From NCBI RefSeq assembly GCF_008831285.2, contig NC_045138.2, positions 29,202,001 to 29,266,000 of the forward strand: a stretch of 64,000 nt of DNA, in the 5' to 3' direction. Below the pieces are notes generated by a model. That model saw nothing but the letters and a program-made list of their open reading frames with translations. It was not told the DNA's origin and did no database searches. Made by a program: the position numbers and the translations under genes. Position 1 is the first letter of the stretch, and every line of letters starts with the position of its first letter. The DNA comes from Nymphaea colorata. Taxonomy: Eukaryota. Shown here in pieces: positions 11,354 through 24,424 of this stretch.

Positions 11354-14300
11354 TACTTATCAAATCCACTTGTTGGCAATTTGATGAAGCCATTCAGCTC
11401 GGTCTTCATTTCTTCAACACAATCTCAAGGTCAATCAATGTCCCATGCATTTGATGGAAAAAAGTGTTAAGGTAAGAGAGCAACAAAAATCTCAAAGCAT
11501 CCAAATCCAGCCATGGAAGACTAAACACGTCTATTCCAATAATAGATAAATTTAGGTACAATATCAGTCCAACTTTTCAATATACTAAGCTACAGGAAAC
11601 TAAAAGTTCTTTTATGTCTGGATATGAAGCTGTCATAGTTGCTAACGAGCGAGCAAGCATGCAACTGTTCTTTAGTTTATGGTTTGTTATGAATTGTTGA
11701 GTGAGTTGTGAGGGTTACTTGTATCGTTTCACGCTTGTACGGCTTCACACCCCTCTGGTGATTTTGTAGTAGCTTGGCCTTAGTTAGTTTTCGGGTAACC
11801 TCTCCTTGTTCATCTTTTCCCTTTTGGGTTTTGCGTCGGGTCCTGTCCGACCGGATAGAATTCTGTATTAATTTGTTTAGGATTTTTAGTTTTAGATTAC
11901 TTCAAGTAGGTCTTGGGGGTAGGATCTCAAGGACGGGTTCAACTTTTCTAATCGCCACCGGTCGGGTCCATAAAAAGAAGATGATAAGGTGTGCCCCCAT
12001 GTCCGTGTCCAAGATCATTTGGTTAACGTGAACAATGTTGGCATCTTGCTATTTTTCATGCTCTTACTGCACATGGTGACTTTTCCAAATTGATCATATG
12101 AGTGTTGACAAGCTTTGGGGGAGTTTGGACTTCCACCCTGCTCGAATGAGTTGAATCTGCATCAGACTCTGGAAGGGCTGGCATGAGGCACGTGCAACCC
12201 ACACGGTTTGCTTTCCACTCTGAACTTTTTTTAAAACCTTGAACAATTTCAGATCAACCCCGTTTCAAAACCCAGCTTCAGAATGAAATTTCATAACTAT
12301 AGCCGCATTCTTTGTAATCGGACCACCTTCGTTTCTAAACAAGAGGTCGTAAAAAGTACATAGATTGGTTTTGAGACCCCAGCCATAAGTGGGTCGTCCT
12401 GACCTTGCCTAATGAAAATTTTTAAACTTGAACGATGGGGCCCTCATGGATTCATATATGAGATTTTCGACAGGTTTTGATACCAAATGGTCCCTCGAAA
12501 GGTTTCTGGCCTTTCATACGGGGCCCCCACTACTTGATTGCTACCACATGTCGCATGAATCTGGACCAGCCTTTGAATTTAGATCTGGTGATCAGCCATC
12601 GTCTGATTAAATAATTGATCTATTGGATTCTTCATTGTACTTATAGAATCTTTTCTGGTTGTCTCAGGACCAACTCATGGAATTATATTGTTAGACAATT
12701 AGCCGATTTGGATGTGATGCGATACAATAATATTTTAGGGGCAAAATATCTCCTAAAGATAAACTGCAACACAAGATAGATTTTATTTTGTATTTTTATT
12801 TTGGAAGTTGGGAGTGAGTGGCTGGTTGGAGAATTAATAGATGCACTGTTATTATTCTGATTTTCTCAAGCATGGGCTATTAAATTTGTTTTACACTTAC
12901 CTTGTTTGTACACTAATCAAAAAGAGAAAATGAGTGTACATGTATATTGTATCGAGTGGTGTGCTGAGGACTCAAGATTTTCAGTCTAACTTAGAATGGA
13001 GAAATCTGTAAATTCTATATATAAAAATGATTTTCAATCTAAATTTGATTTAAATTATATATATATATATATAAACTATAAAGCACTAGATTCTCATCCC
13101 GCCTCATTAACACAACCCAAACAAAAAACATTGGGCTGCGTGTGAGAGGGATTCTTCTCACAACTGGAGGAATCCATGTTATTTATATAATAGAAAGAGA
13201 GAGTGTGAGTGTGTGGGTGAGAGTTCGCGCCATGTGCTTGAATCTGCCTAAGCCGGAACCGGACCGGTTCAATGGCTCCTAAAATAGAGGCAAATTTTTG
13301 GGGGCAGTCCATCAGCTTGATTCATGGGTTGTGTTGTAGAAAGCTAACTAGTTTTTGGAATGGTTCGGTCAAATATACTTATTGACATCCCTATATCCTC
13401 ATATAACTATCTCTAAGGAGTCAAACTAAGCTTGACCAAAACAAAATTTTTTTTGCTATAGATCACTTATTTATGCATAAGAACAGAGCTAGTGGACCAC
13501 CATCACAAATGAAATCTTATTCAGTATCATTTTCCATCTGTTATCTTGTAGTTTTAAACATTATGTCTTCTGTCTTTCTACCAGGAGAATTAAGGTATTC
13601 AAGTCGAGCACCTGAGTTGGAAATTAGTTTTCAACAACTTGATACTCCACAAACGGGCAGGTTTTTCAAGGAGTCTATTTGAGGGGCAGATAGTTAAAGT
13701 TTGCAATATTAGGTGTGAAATATGATTGTTCAGATCCAACCAGCAGAGGAGCTTTTTCTTTATATGTATTCAATCTTATAGGGTATGCCCAGAACTCGGA
13801 ACTCAGGTCAGTCTTGGATTGGGTCTTACAAGTAATTTGGACCAAAATTGTTCCAAATTCCTTTCTTTTACTTGTTTTAGTTTGTTTGTAACTTATTTTT
13901 GGCTCTGTTGTTATAGTTATTGGTCATTAACATGTACTATTTTATTTATATGACTTGTTTATTTAAACATTGTTTTTTTTATGATTTCTATAGACCGATG
14001 CATGGAGCGTAAAAGCAAGAATTATTGAGCGCAATATGCATTTATGTTAACTCAAGTAGCATGCATATATGAGATTAGATCTATCTAGCTTATAACTTAG
14101 TTTGTGTACATGCCAATATATATATATATATATATATATAATTGAAACTCAAGTAGGAGAGTCGTGTAGTGAACAGTAATTGAAACTATTCAACTTTACC
14201 TACATTCCTTTTCTTGAGTGGCAGGCGATACGTGTTACTTTGGTCTTCATTTCCATTAAATGAAATACCAAACTTCAACTGCTTCCTTCTAGAATGAAAA

Positions 14301-14970
14301 CTTAGACAAATATTGTAACATGAAATGTTTAAAGTGCAACAGTCTAGTAATGAACTTTTTTTACTTGCACCAAAATAATAAAAAAAATCAGAAAATGAAA
14401 AATTGTATGCTAAGTTATTTACCCTATAAATAAAAAATGTATTAAAGTTCAACATTTGGTTAGTCCCCTTGAATTGAAATATGAAATCCATATATGAACC
14501 CTCCTTGATCTCTCCAACTTCCTAGTTTACGTATGATGTTGAATTAGAGATAAATTTAGTTGAAGCGGGAAAGGCCACACGCTATTTTTTTAATATGAAA
14601 AAGTCTTGACATAAATATCCTAGATGCCTTTCATTTCTTTTGTAATTATTATGTTTCTACTTCGTGGATTGCTCCAGCAAGTCTTGTTAACCCCTCGCGT
14701 TTTCTCTACTTCATATATATGCTACAAAAGCAAATATTTTAAAATAAAGAAACTGAGGCTGGTTCAATATTTGCCTGCCCAACACTGTACTGTAATGGAG
14801 GAAGTTAAAGGTTGGAAGCTTGTGCTCAGCTTTCCAAGTGGCTGTTAGCCGAAAGTTTGCATGTTCGTGGAGGAAGTTAGAAGTAGAGAGAGATGTGTTT
14901 GCTTTCTAAGTGGGTCTTGTTAGCCATCAATTTTGTCCGTAGTTTAAGTTTTTGCTTTATATAAAAGGTG

Positions 14971-15308
14971 GCCACCTTTAAGAATGATATGCCTTAACGT
15001 TTGTCGATTGGTTGTCACTTGTTCTAGACCCTCCGTTTTCATCTTCCTGGTTCAAAAACTTGCAAGGAGATCCTAATAATAAATGTCAATCAGAATTGGT
15101 ACCATAAACTACACTTCTTGCCATATATTACGGGGACTGGTGTGACTATAGAGGTAGGCAGGTCGGGTACCTGAGGGGCTTTCAGGTACCCTGAGCCGGG
15201 CTTGGGATGGACTTTTGGGTACTTTGCTCAGGTCGAGCTGGGTTGGCCCGACAATATGATATATTAAAAAAATATTATATTTTAGCATATCTTTTCATAA
15301 AAAATATG
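14971..15308 (+). repeat. Additional short copy of block X (= ~9988-10390)
   Basis: GCCACCTTTAAGAATGATA...TTTTCATAAAAAATAT matches copies 1 and 2 with small deletions. Confidence 0.9.
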
Positions 15309-15647
15309 ATATATGTACATGCCAATACATCATGATATCAGTGAACAAACCGCTACAGTGCATTTTCTTGGGCTTTCTTCAAGGAGAAACTCTTTCCAAT
15401 CTAAGTTTCTAGTTTGAGACTGCAAATTGGTGTACAAGGTTAATAAGTTATACTGATACACAACCGGACGAATCACACTCTTGAGATCATCTAAACTCAT
15501 GAGCTAGAGGGCACAAATGCATATCCCCAAGTGACACAACTTGCATGAGACAATGCTACGGAATATAGTGTCGCCTGCACCATAAGTAACAGTTGTATGG
15601 CGCTGCCAACAGGTCACAATGTGCTTCAGTGATGGCTGGTCCTCGTG

Positions 15648-15650
<3 letters not shown>

Positions 15651-15695
<45 letters not shown>
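15651..15695. repeat. (TG)n(AG)n compound microsatellite
   Basis: Read directly from the sequence. Confidence 0.95.
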
Positions 15696-15697
<2 letters not shown>

Positions 15698-16080
15698 ATC
15701 TATAAGGCGCTTCCAGAACAAATCTCAACTTATGACGACCATGAGAAAAAGAATGATAGGTTTATGGTTAAAACCATCATCTATCAATTATACTCTCCAC
15801 ATACGCCTGAATGAGCTCTTTGTGTTTGTGTGTATACATTTTAGAGGATGAGAACAACAAATATGACAGCTAGTTTATTGAAAATGGAATTCGCGCACCA
15901 TGGCACTTGACTGTCACTAAAATTTCTTACCATGGGAAAACATAAAGCAGAACTTCGTACCACTTTACATTGTCACTCGAATTGGCAAATTTTGAAACAG
16001 AACTTCGTACCTCTTTCCCTATCAAAACTCGCTTTTAAGGGTGCAGGACAGCTGGATAGGCTCCGTCTGGCGCCAGCCTC

Positions 16081-16117
<37 letters not shown>

Positions 16118-16282
16118 AAAATTCATTTCAGAGGGAAGGACGTCAGGTCCTCCCTTGTTCTGCGAAAGGGCCGGCGGTGGCCGTCCATCTCCGGCTACTC
16201 CTGCCGTCGGGATTTTTGGTCGTAGAGAAAGGTGGGACCAAAAATATTGTTTAGCCACTGAGAATAGAGGCCAGATTCGCTA

Positions 16283-16286
<4 letters not shown>

Positions 16287-16356
<70 letters not shown>
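16287..16356. repeat. (TA)n microsatellite; a poly-A run lies nearby at 16083-16116
   Basis: Read directly from the sequence. Confidence 0.95.
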
Positions 16357-16360
<4 letters not shown>

Positions 16361-17560
16361 CCCACTATACACGAGTATTTTTAAATGAGCCTCTAGCCAA
16401 TTTTTTTTTGTCTGCTTTGCTCATACAGGCGCCTCTCACTTGGACAATGCAGCAATTCAATATTAGCCACATCCGGAGTACTACTAAAGCGTGATCTTTG
16501 AATGACGTGGAACTAAATTTTGTATATCTATAATTTATGCTTCCAACATTCAAATTAAGATGGAAAAGAAAAGGATCCATCGTCAGACATGCTTGAAAAA
16601 CAATTCAAGCTCAACGTTTGGATGTCATCGTTCAAATGGACGCGCTTTTGTTTTGAGCAATGCCTACTTAACTGGTTTTCCATGTCTCATATGGCCGCAC
16701 TCATAGTCAATTCTGTCTTGTAGTGCAACTTTTTATGAGCTAAGTTCAACATTGCCTTTGTCACGGTAGTCTGCTTCATTGTTTATATAAAACTTAAATT
16801 ACTGGAATACCTAAAACATTGAGGATGAGTGCTAAATTACTTCACGGTAGTCCGTAAATGGAAAGGTGGTGTCAATACAATAAGGAAAGGCTCCACTTTT
16901 ATCGCCTGCTATTGCACATGAGTCAAAGATTGTTTCAGTCAACTTAAATTGTACTTGTCCCTACTTGGAGAGGAAATAGCTGCTTCAAAGAGGTTAAATA
17001 ATTTGCTAGTGCTGCTATACGTACTTCCATCTATCTCTTGGTTTTTGTTTCATGACCAATAAAGGAGACGCAAATCTCCTGTGAGCAACAAATAAATCAG
17101 AAAAAAGATGACCATTTTTGTCAGTAAATCATAAGCCTCACAAACAAGATGGTATTATTTTCCAAGGAAAAAGAGATTTCAAGTTTCGGTACTGTAACCA
17201 GGGCATAACTACGCACAAGGCAATACGAATAGACTTCCACCACCGATTTTGGGCAAACATGTAGCAAACTTTGTTGGGCAGTTTCTCACTTTAACAGATT
17301 TTCTGCCCCCTCCACAGCTAGACCAGAAGCAATCAAATTAAAGAACGAGCTGCCTATGTGACAAGATTTCCATTTGCTTTAGTGTCCGTATCCACACTCA
17401 CGATTCTCATTTCTAGACTTTTATACGTGCAAAAGGAATAACCTTAGACTAAGGGAGGTTTTGATTTTAAATCCGTAAATCTCAAACATTGGAAAGATTA
17501 GTCCAAAGGTGATCGGACATCCAACTCCTTCTATCTCTGCACAATTTACAAATGACACAC

Positions 17561-19068
17561 ACAGTATATCATAGTTTCTACCGTTTTTTTTCTGTCTAAT
17601 GGAGGAAGGGGAGCTTCCACTTGCAGAGAAGTTCTACTAAATATTACAGTTTGCGTATAAATTTGTCCATTTTCTTTCTCATAAAATATTCAGTGGCAAG
17701 ATATTAATGAGGAACTAGAAGATATATATATATAGATGACTATGACATCCAACTCATTCTATCTCTGCACAATTTACAAATGACACACACAGTATATCAT
17801 AGTTTCTCCCGTTTTTTTCTGTCTAATGAAGGAAGGGGAGCTTCCACTTGCAAAGAAGTTCTACTAAATATTACAGTTTGCGTATAAATTTGTCCATTTT
17901 CTTTCTCATAAAATATTCAGTGGCAAGATATTAATAAGGAACTAGAAGCTTAACACAAAGTTGGTATCTAATTAATAAAACCAGTCTCATTTTGGCACCG
18001 GCTCTTTGAGTATCTTCTTCTTTTAGAATCCATTAGCGTCAAGGATAAAGAAAGAATGTGAGAGCTAGAGATAAAAATCGAAACCAGTTTGAAAGGGAGA
18101 CATGGTTATTTAAGATGACTATGACATCTAACTCATTCTATCTCTTTATTAGATGCCTTTTTGAAGAGAGTGGCTTAATTTTTTGAGTTATCGCAGTTTG
18201 GAAATATAAATATCCAATAAAAGAAATTCACAAAATATAACCTGTCTGCCTACCTTTATTAGTGCGAGCAATGCTGATGGCAATGTACTCGTCTAAGGTT
18301 AGTCCAAAGGACAATATTTATTAGTGCAGAGATAGAAGGAGTTGGATGTCCGATCAGCATTGCTCGCACTAATAAAGGTAGGCAGACAGGTTATATTTTG
18401 TGAATTCTTTTATTGGATATTTATATTTCCAAACTGCGATAACTCAAAAAATTAAGCCACTCTCTTCAAAAAGGCATCTAATAAAGAGATAGAATGAGTT
18501 AGATGTCATAGTCATCTTAAATAACCATGTCTCTCTTTCAAACTGGTTTCGATTTTTATCTCTAGCTCTCACATTCTTTCTTTATCCTTGACGCTAATGG
18601 ATTCTAAAAGAAGAAGATACTCAAAGAGCCGGTGCCAAAATGAGACTGGTTTTATTAATTAGATACCAACTTTGTGTTAAGCTTCTAGTTCCTTATTAAT
18701 ATCTTGCCACTGAATATTTTATGAGAAAGAAAATGGACAAATTTATACGCAAACTGTAATATTTAGTAGAACTTCTTTGCAAGTGGAAGCTCCCCTTCCT
18801 TCATTAGACAGAAAAAAACGGGAGAAACTATGATATACTGTGTGTGTCATTTGTAAATTGTGCAGAGATAGAATGAGTTGGATGTCATAGTCATCTATAT
18901 ATATATATCTTCTAGTTCCTCATTAATATCTTGCCACTGAATATTTTATGAGAAAGAAAATGGACAAATTTATACGCAAACTGTAATATTTAGTAGAACT
19001 TCTCTGCAAGTGGAAGCTCCCCTTCCTCCATTAGACAGAAAAAAACGGTAGAAACTATGATATACTGT
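17561..19068. repeat. Near-perfect inverted repeat: arms 17561-18278 and 18353-19068, 74-bp spacer
   Basis: The arms are reverse complements. By eye I found 1 substitution and two 1-nt homopolymer indels. Each arm includes a ~228-bp-period direct duplication. Confidence 0.97.
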
Positions 19069-19839
19069 TCTTGTTCCCAGAATCCAGAGTGACATTTCAA
19101 CATCTACTGAGGAGAGCCCCCAAGTTGATAATGAGGATGTCTCCCAAGTTGATACTGATGATGTACCCCAAGTTGATAGTGATGATGTCCCCCAAGTTCA
19201 AACGGAGAAAGTTCAGGTCTGTTGGAGCAATGGATCTTCATATGCTGTTTGGTATCTTTTCTATGATTCATAGATATACAAATTCAAACTAATTTTACTA
19301 TTATTTATACCAAAAAGCCAGTATTTTTTGCACTTCACAATGGTTAAGTAAATTACAGCTGTTACTTTTTTCTTTTCTTTGTTTTCCTGGAGGCGCTTTT
19401 TTTAGAAGATGTAATTCTGGATATATTTAAATTGTGGGGATATTTGGCTGTGCTTCGTTGGTCTCCTGTTGATTTTGTTTTGGCATAATTACTCTAAAGG
19501 GAAAGACTTCTCATGCATTTGACTTACCACTACCCTTAAGTCCATACTTTTCGTGAGATATCATTAGTGGTTCTATGTCATTTCAGTGATTAAAGCTCTA
19601 CATGTACCTGGTTAACCCATTAGAGCTTGTTATTTGTAGACCTAGACTTATTTTTGGGAGCATCTTGACCATGTTTTTTCCTCTCTTTTATAGGTAATTG
19701 AGGAAAATATGGAGCAATCAACAAAGAACGATGCTGCTTGGAAAACTGAACGCAGGTCTATACCTCCTTGTAGTAACGGCCAGATGATCTATGAAATAGA
19801 TCCACTTTTAAAAGCTCACCGAACGCATCTTGATTATAG
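19067..19839 (+). pseudogene. SBE2: Starch branching enzyme II gene fragment: two exons (19067-19216, 19694-19839) plus introns; intron-like DNA continues to ~20505
   Basis: Exon A reads VLVPRIQSDISTSTEESPQVD...EKVQ|GT. Exon B reads [10 protein letters not shown]...[31 protein letters not shown], matching the SBEII motif IPPPGxGQxIYEIDPxLxxxRxHLDYR. Splice phases are compatible. There is no start exon and no catalytic exons. Confidence 0.85.
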
Positions 19840-20505
19840 GTAATATTCTTTACCTTATAATCTTGAAATCGAAGCTGTGTGCATTAACTTTCTGTTCTGA
19901 TTTTGGATAGTAAGCAGATGCATGTTTACCCTAACCCAATTAAGGTAAGCCCTCTTAACTCTGAGGGAAAGCCTTCACTAATCCCATCATAGTGAGGGTC
20001 ACCGTCCCTGTATAAGTTTATATGGTGATTAACGGGCCTAATTGATATGTGTCCAGGATCCGAGCCCCTTGTTCATTAACTACTTTTCTTTAAGAACCCC
20101 AACCTTGCAGTGCAGTAGTACATTTGTATCCTTCTTGCCCACAACCATCACACTGTTCCAGCATATAATGGTTATGTCATGAAGACATACTTCATACTTG
20201 TTTCTTTATCCTCGTGTTCACTGGTATTTGCATTTATATTCTCATCTGGCTGCTTGTTTTTTATGTAAAATATGCAAATTGCTTGAAATAATTAGGCAAA
20301 TTCTATACATACACTGTTCTTCAGGAGAATCATGATTCTGATTTTCAGAGCTCTTTCAAGGTGAGGATTATCCACTGTTACTAGCATGTTGGGAGAACTA
20401 CATCTCCTATTACTTTTTCTTGGTATTGAGAAAATGAACGGTTTCTCATCTGTGTTTCTTTCATAAATTTTTATTTTCTTTTGTCATGCTTAGTTGCATT
20501 ATCTT

Positions 20506-20543
20506 CTGTTTCTGGTTCGGAACACAGAATCACAGTTTCATGA
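20506..20543 (+). pseudogene. Last ~12 codons and stop of a lost paralogue of the 36444-37046 ATL gene
   Basis: Identical to 37009-37046 (VSGSEHRITVS*) and followed by the same 3' flank. Upstream sequence is unrelated to the ATL. Confidence 0.85.
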
Positions 20544-22282
20544 GATGCAAACTGCGGTAATCTTCTCTAGATGGCAGCCGCACCGGTCGCTTGAATGGCT
20601 TTGGTTCGATCTTCGTTAATTCTTTTCCCTCTCTGATCTTCTCAGATCTCATGCTAATATTATGAACTTGCAAAGGTATTAATTTTTGAAACTGCTTATC
20701 TTTTTTGGCTGCAAAGTAGCCTTAGTGAAAAACCTTACAATACAATGATAGCATCTTCAGAATATTGTAATCTGTTCGCCACTTCATCATCCTTTTTAGT
20801 GGCAAAATGATAAAACGCAAAACTGAAGCCATTAACACTGTTTATGTTGAGACACTTTGCTAGTGATGTAATGGTCAGGAAATGATTCGAGGACTCTGGC
20901 TTCATAAGAAGCAACGAATAAGAATTCAGTTGAACCTGATTTCCATATTAATTATATTTTACCAGAATCAAAACCATTACATAGACAGGATCTAATTCCA
21001 AAAGTATCTAAGCTATCAGGATCCGAACCTTTTAAATGGTTTGGTGACTTTGTGAACACCACCAACTTATGGATGATCATAAATTTAAATGTATATCTTA
21101 CAGGTTTTCGCAAAGTCAAAGTTGTGCCGCAACCGTGCGCGCGCTAAATTCGGCCAGGCCCGAGCAGCTGGTCAAACAGTTGACAATTATCCGCAAGGTT
21201 AAAGGATGAGAGAGCAAACTAGCATCATGCATGAAAATGTCAACTCTATGTATGATGAAGGCGACGCCATTAAAAAGAATGCAACTTCCAAAACGTACCG
21301 TCACAGTCACCTACCTATAAAAATGTCAACGTATACATATATATGGGTTCATCAAGATCAACCGATTGACATCAAGAGAACATCTAGCCTAATTAGTGAT
21401 TTTTTTGTCCCCTTTGGAGGTGGCTATATAACCCCTGTTTTTAATGAATAAAGATGAAAAATGCTCTACATACCAATAATAAGTTTCCCTACCGAAAGAA
21501 AACAATTCAAATTAAGTCATGAAGTTAATAAAAAGGCGATGATGCATCGTGTCTCCTAATTAGATTGTAAACTAGGGGCGGTAGCTTACAAGAAAGCTAT
21601 AATCACCAGTACTAGGCGCATGGTTGGCACTGAATTGGATCTAAGCTCGAAAAAGATATGCTCAGGAGGCCTAAAGCCTTTGCTGATAGTTTAAGCTCGC
21701 TTGATTAGTTACAGGGCAGTGGGTACCTGATGTGACCTGCAATATCTGCAATGTAGCGGTGAAAATTATCACCGACACAGGCAGCACATACTTTTTTATT
21801 ATAACCAGGCCGGGTCGAGCTCGGGTTTCGAGTATCGAACAGATCACGTTACTGGACTCCATGCGGGTCGGCAGTTTTGAAGTTAACTGGCTGACATAGT
21901 TGACCTGCATTGAATATTGATAAGAATGGAAATTTATATATCAACCAGATGCTTCCAAGTGTCAAATATATGGTGGAAGGTCCAAATGTTCGGTGCAAGG
22001 GCGCATTGACTTGCACATAAAAAAGGCCAACGGCGCATGCAACTCGTTCTGAAGTGCCAATGCAAATATCTTCTTTCCTTCTATATAAATGGAACTACCA
22101 ACAAGTTTCAAAGAAGTGTGGAGAGAGTGGAGACACCCGGCAACGAGTCATACCTTACACAGAGAAAGAAAAGAAATTTGAGGTGCTCACAAGTCACAAG
22201 GGAACGCCCTTTACCTGTTCTGATTCTTTGGATTACTTCTTGCCCTTCTCTCTGTCTAGAGCACCAAAACCAGGTGCCAAAT

Positions 22283-22706
22283 ATGCCTGATGCTGCACTC
22301 TATCTCCTTGTGATGTCCGTCTTTATCTTCATGGCGATTTTCCTGTTGTTCAGGCGATGCCGCAGTTCATCTATTCAGGAAAGCAGCGGCAGCATTGATG
22401 TCCATCATCTTGCGCCGGCTTTCACTTCCACCATTTCCCCGCTAACTTCGTCAGTTCATCATAAGGAACTCATCAATTCCTTGCCTGGGATCGTGTTCAT
22501 GTCAGAAGATCGGCCAATCGCTTTTCGCTCAGAATTTGCAGTTTGCCTAAGGAAAATTTGAAGAGAAAGAGTTGCTCCATCTGCTGCCCAAGTGAAAGCA
22601 TTCCCTTCACATGGAGTGCATAGACAAATGGCTGGAGAGCCGCTCTAGCTGCCCAATATGCCGGCAAAACGTCGATGCCAATGATGTCCTTCGGATGGTC
22701 GTCTGA
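22283..22706 (+). pseudogene. ATL RING-H2 pseudogene
   Basis: MPDAALYLLVMSVFIFMAIFLLF (TM), then KELINSLP and EFAVCL (first Cys to Phe). A +1 frameshift at ~22550 is followed by [36 protein letters not shown] (TGC to TGA). Confidence 0.9.
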
Positions 22707-24424
22707 TTCAAGGAGTTTATGACGTGACATCAACTCAATGGACAGGTGAGAGTTCTGTTCATCAGTGCGATGACAGTAGATAAATGAATCTCACTGAGGA
22801 TGAACAATGCGATTCGGGGACTCGGAATTGCTTCTGCTGACCACAGATTTTGATCATGTGAGCTGCGCAGGCTTGGAGTCGTGAAGTATGTCCCATCTGC
22901 AGGTGTGAATCAGGAGGTTCCCTCGACGAGGCAGCCCAACCAACTCGATCAACAAGGTCTCGGTTTTAATTTTCACTCACGTATCTTTCATTAAAATTTA
23001 CTATTTAAATTTTTAGAAAAATAATGATTTTTCATTGCTCTAAAACAAACGGAGTTCAGTAGAGAGCTCACCATAAAACACAAGATATTTTCTCTGTTAG
23101 AGGTGTCCCAACTACCACCCAATGAAAGAGAGGGAGCTCCCACCCTTTCCCGTTCCCCATACAAAGCAAGCTTTCGGTGCGAGGGAAGGGCGGACCCGCT
23201 TAGGCAGTGCCCCCATCTTAGCTAAATAAAAAAAATTACATTGAAAATTTTGAAATTTTTTACTTGTCTAATGTATTTTTGTATTTTGATTTAGTTTGAC
23301 CCTACTCGGATAAATTTATTGGACCGTTTGGCCCGATCGAACGACCGTTTGGCTCTACCCTTGAAAAAAATCCTAGCTCCTTACTGAATGATACCTCAAC
23401 ATCCCTTGTTGTACCTTCCTTGTAGAGTCGAGACAAGGTTAGCTTTGTTCATTCCATTGAAGTCTGCAGTGAAGCACACCTGTTAAAGAGAAGCGGGCTT
23501 TGCTGTTGGAGAGGTCATATATCAAAAAAATAGGTTTTTTTTAATAAAAAGACAAAACGTTGACCAACAAAATGAAGATAGTAATAATATTATGTAAATA
23601 AATACTACTTATAAGAACAAGCAGATCCGCACGAGCATATGAATTGACAAATTAAACATGAAGATATTAGGCAAAGTCAAATGTTTTCATCATTATGTAA
23701 AGTCAAAGGTCTCAAGGGCCTTAGTATAGATTGTTGGGCAGATGGGATGAATTAGGCATGTTGCCTTTTCGATTCCCATGGATACTATATTTTTTTTGAA
23801 GTGTAAAAAGTGAGATCATTACATTTAAATTGAAGGTTATACCATATCTTATCCAAGTCCGATACAATTCAGAACCTTAAAAGTATGAGGAATGATAGGG
23901 CCTTTGGATCAGCGGTAAGTCTTTAACCTCCTACTTCCTAAGAAAAAGTTATGTGCCCAAAATGTCAAGTATGACAAGTTTATATCTGACTTGAACTTCT
24001 AATAAAATGAAAAATTTTCAGAAAAGTTGCTTCAGTTTTGGTGCGTACAACAGAAACATGGTTAAGTACAGTACTTTAGGTAGTTAGATGACGACTTTAA
24101 ACTTGAGTTTGCACGTTTTCCCCTTTGAAGGTTGAGCACTTTTTGATAATTTTCATGCAAGTTAGGAATTTTCACACTTATCAAACTTTGTATAACCTGT
24201 ATGATCATGGAAAATGGCCTTTACGGCTGATCAGAAGGCATTGACTAGAATATATAAATATTTTGACAGTTTCTTCCGATCTCTTTTTCAAATGAAAGTT
24301 TTATCAGGGGCAAGCATTAAAGAAGCAGGTTAACGACTACTATGAAAATAAAATAAATCACAGACACTTAATTTGAATGAGTTTTTCTTCATTTTTTTTT
24401 TCTAACCTTTCTCTCTAGCTAAAG

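Larger units (their letters stand above)
9650..14014 (+). repeat. Segmental duplication block X-Y, copy 1 (= 29252-33510; partial copy ~42395-43927)
   Basis: Colinear match from AAGATTGCATGAACTGCTGTTC to TAGACC(G/A)ATGCATGG. Paralogous spurious ORFs appear in the track (11774 vs 31263; 13094 vs 32532). Confidence 0.95.

Noticed and set aside
11665..12740. Gypsy-LTR-like segment within block X-Y (also ~31155-32170)
   Set aside because: The composition is suggestive, but I could not identify termini, TSD or PBS.
15934..16045. Mutator-like TIR (GGGAAAA.., CAGAACTTCGTACC x2) that might make the SBEII fragment a Pack-MULE
   Set aside because: No partner TIR or 9-bp TSD found in the window.
20325..20360. 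36-nt AG...GT mini-exon downstream of the SBEII exons
   Set aside because: It does not encode the expected next SBEII block (Y..Y...R..ID..EGGL), and such short splice-like matches occur by chance.
22037..22561. 174-aa ORF (and the 166-aa ORF at 39072) as functional genes
   Set aside because: They start upstream of the TATA box and end at the frameshift in the RING; they are pseudogene read-through frames.
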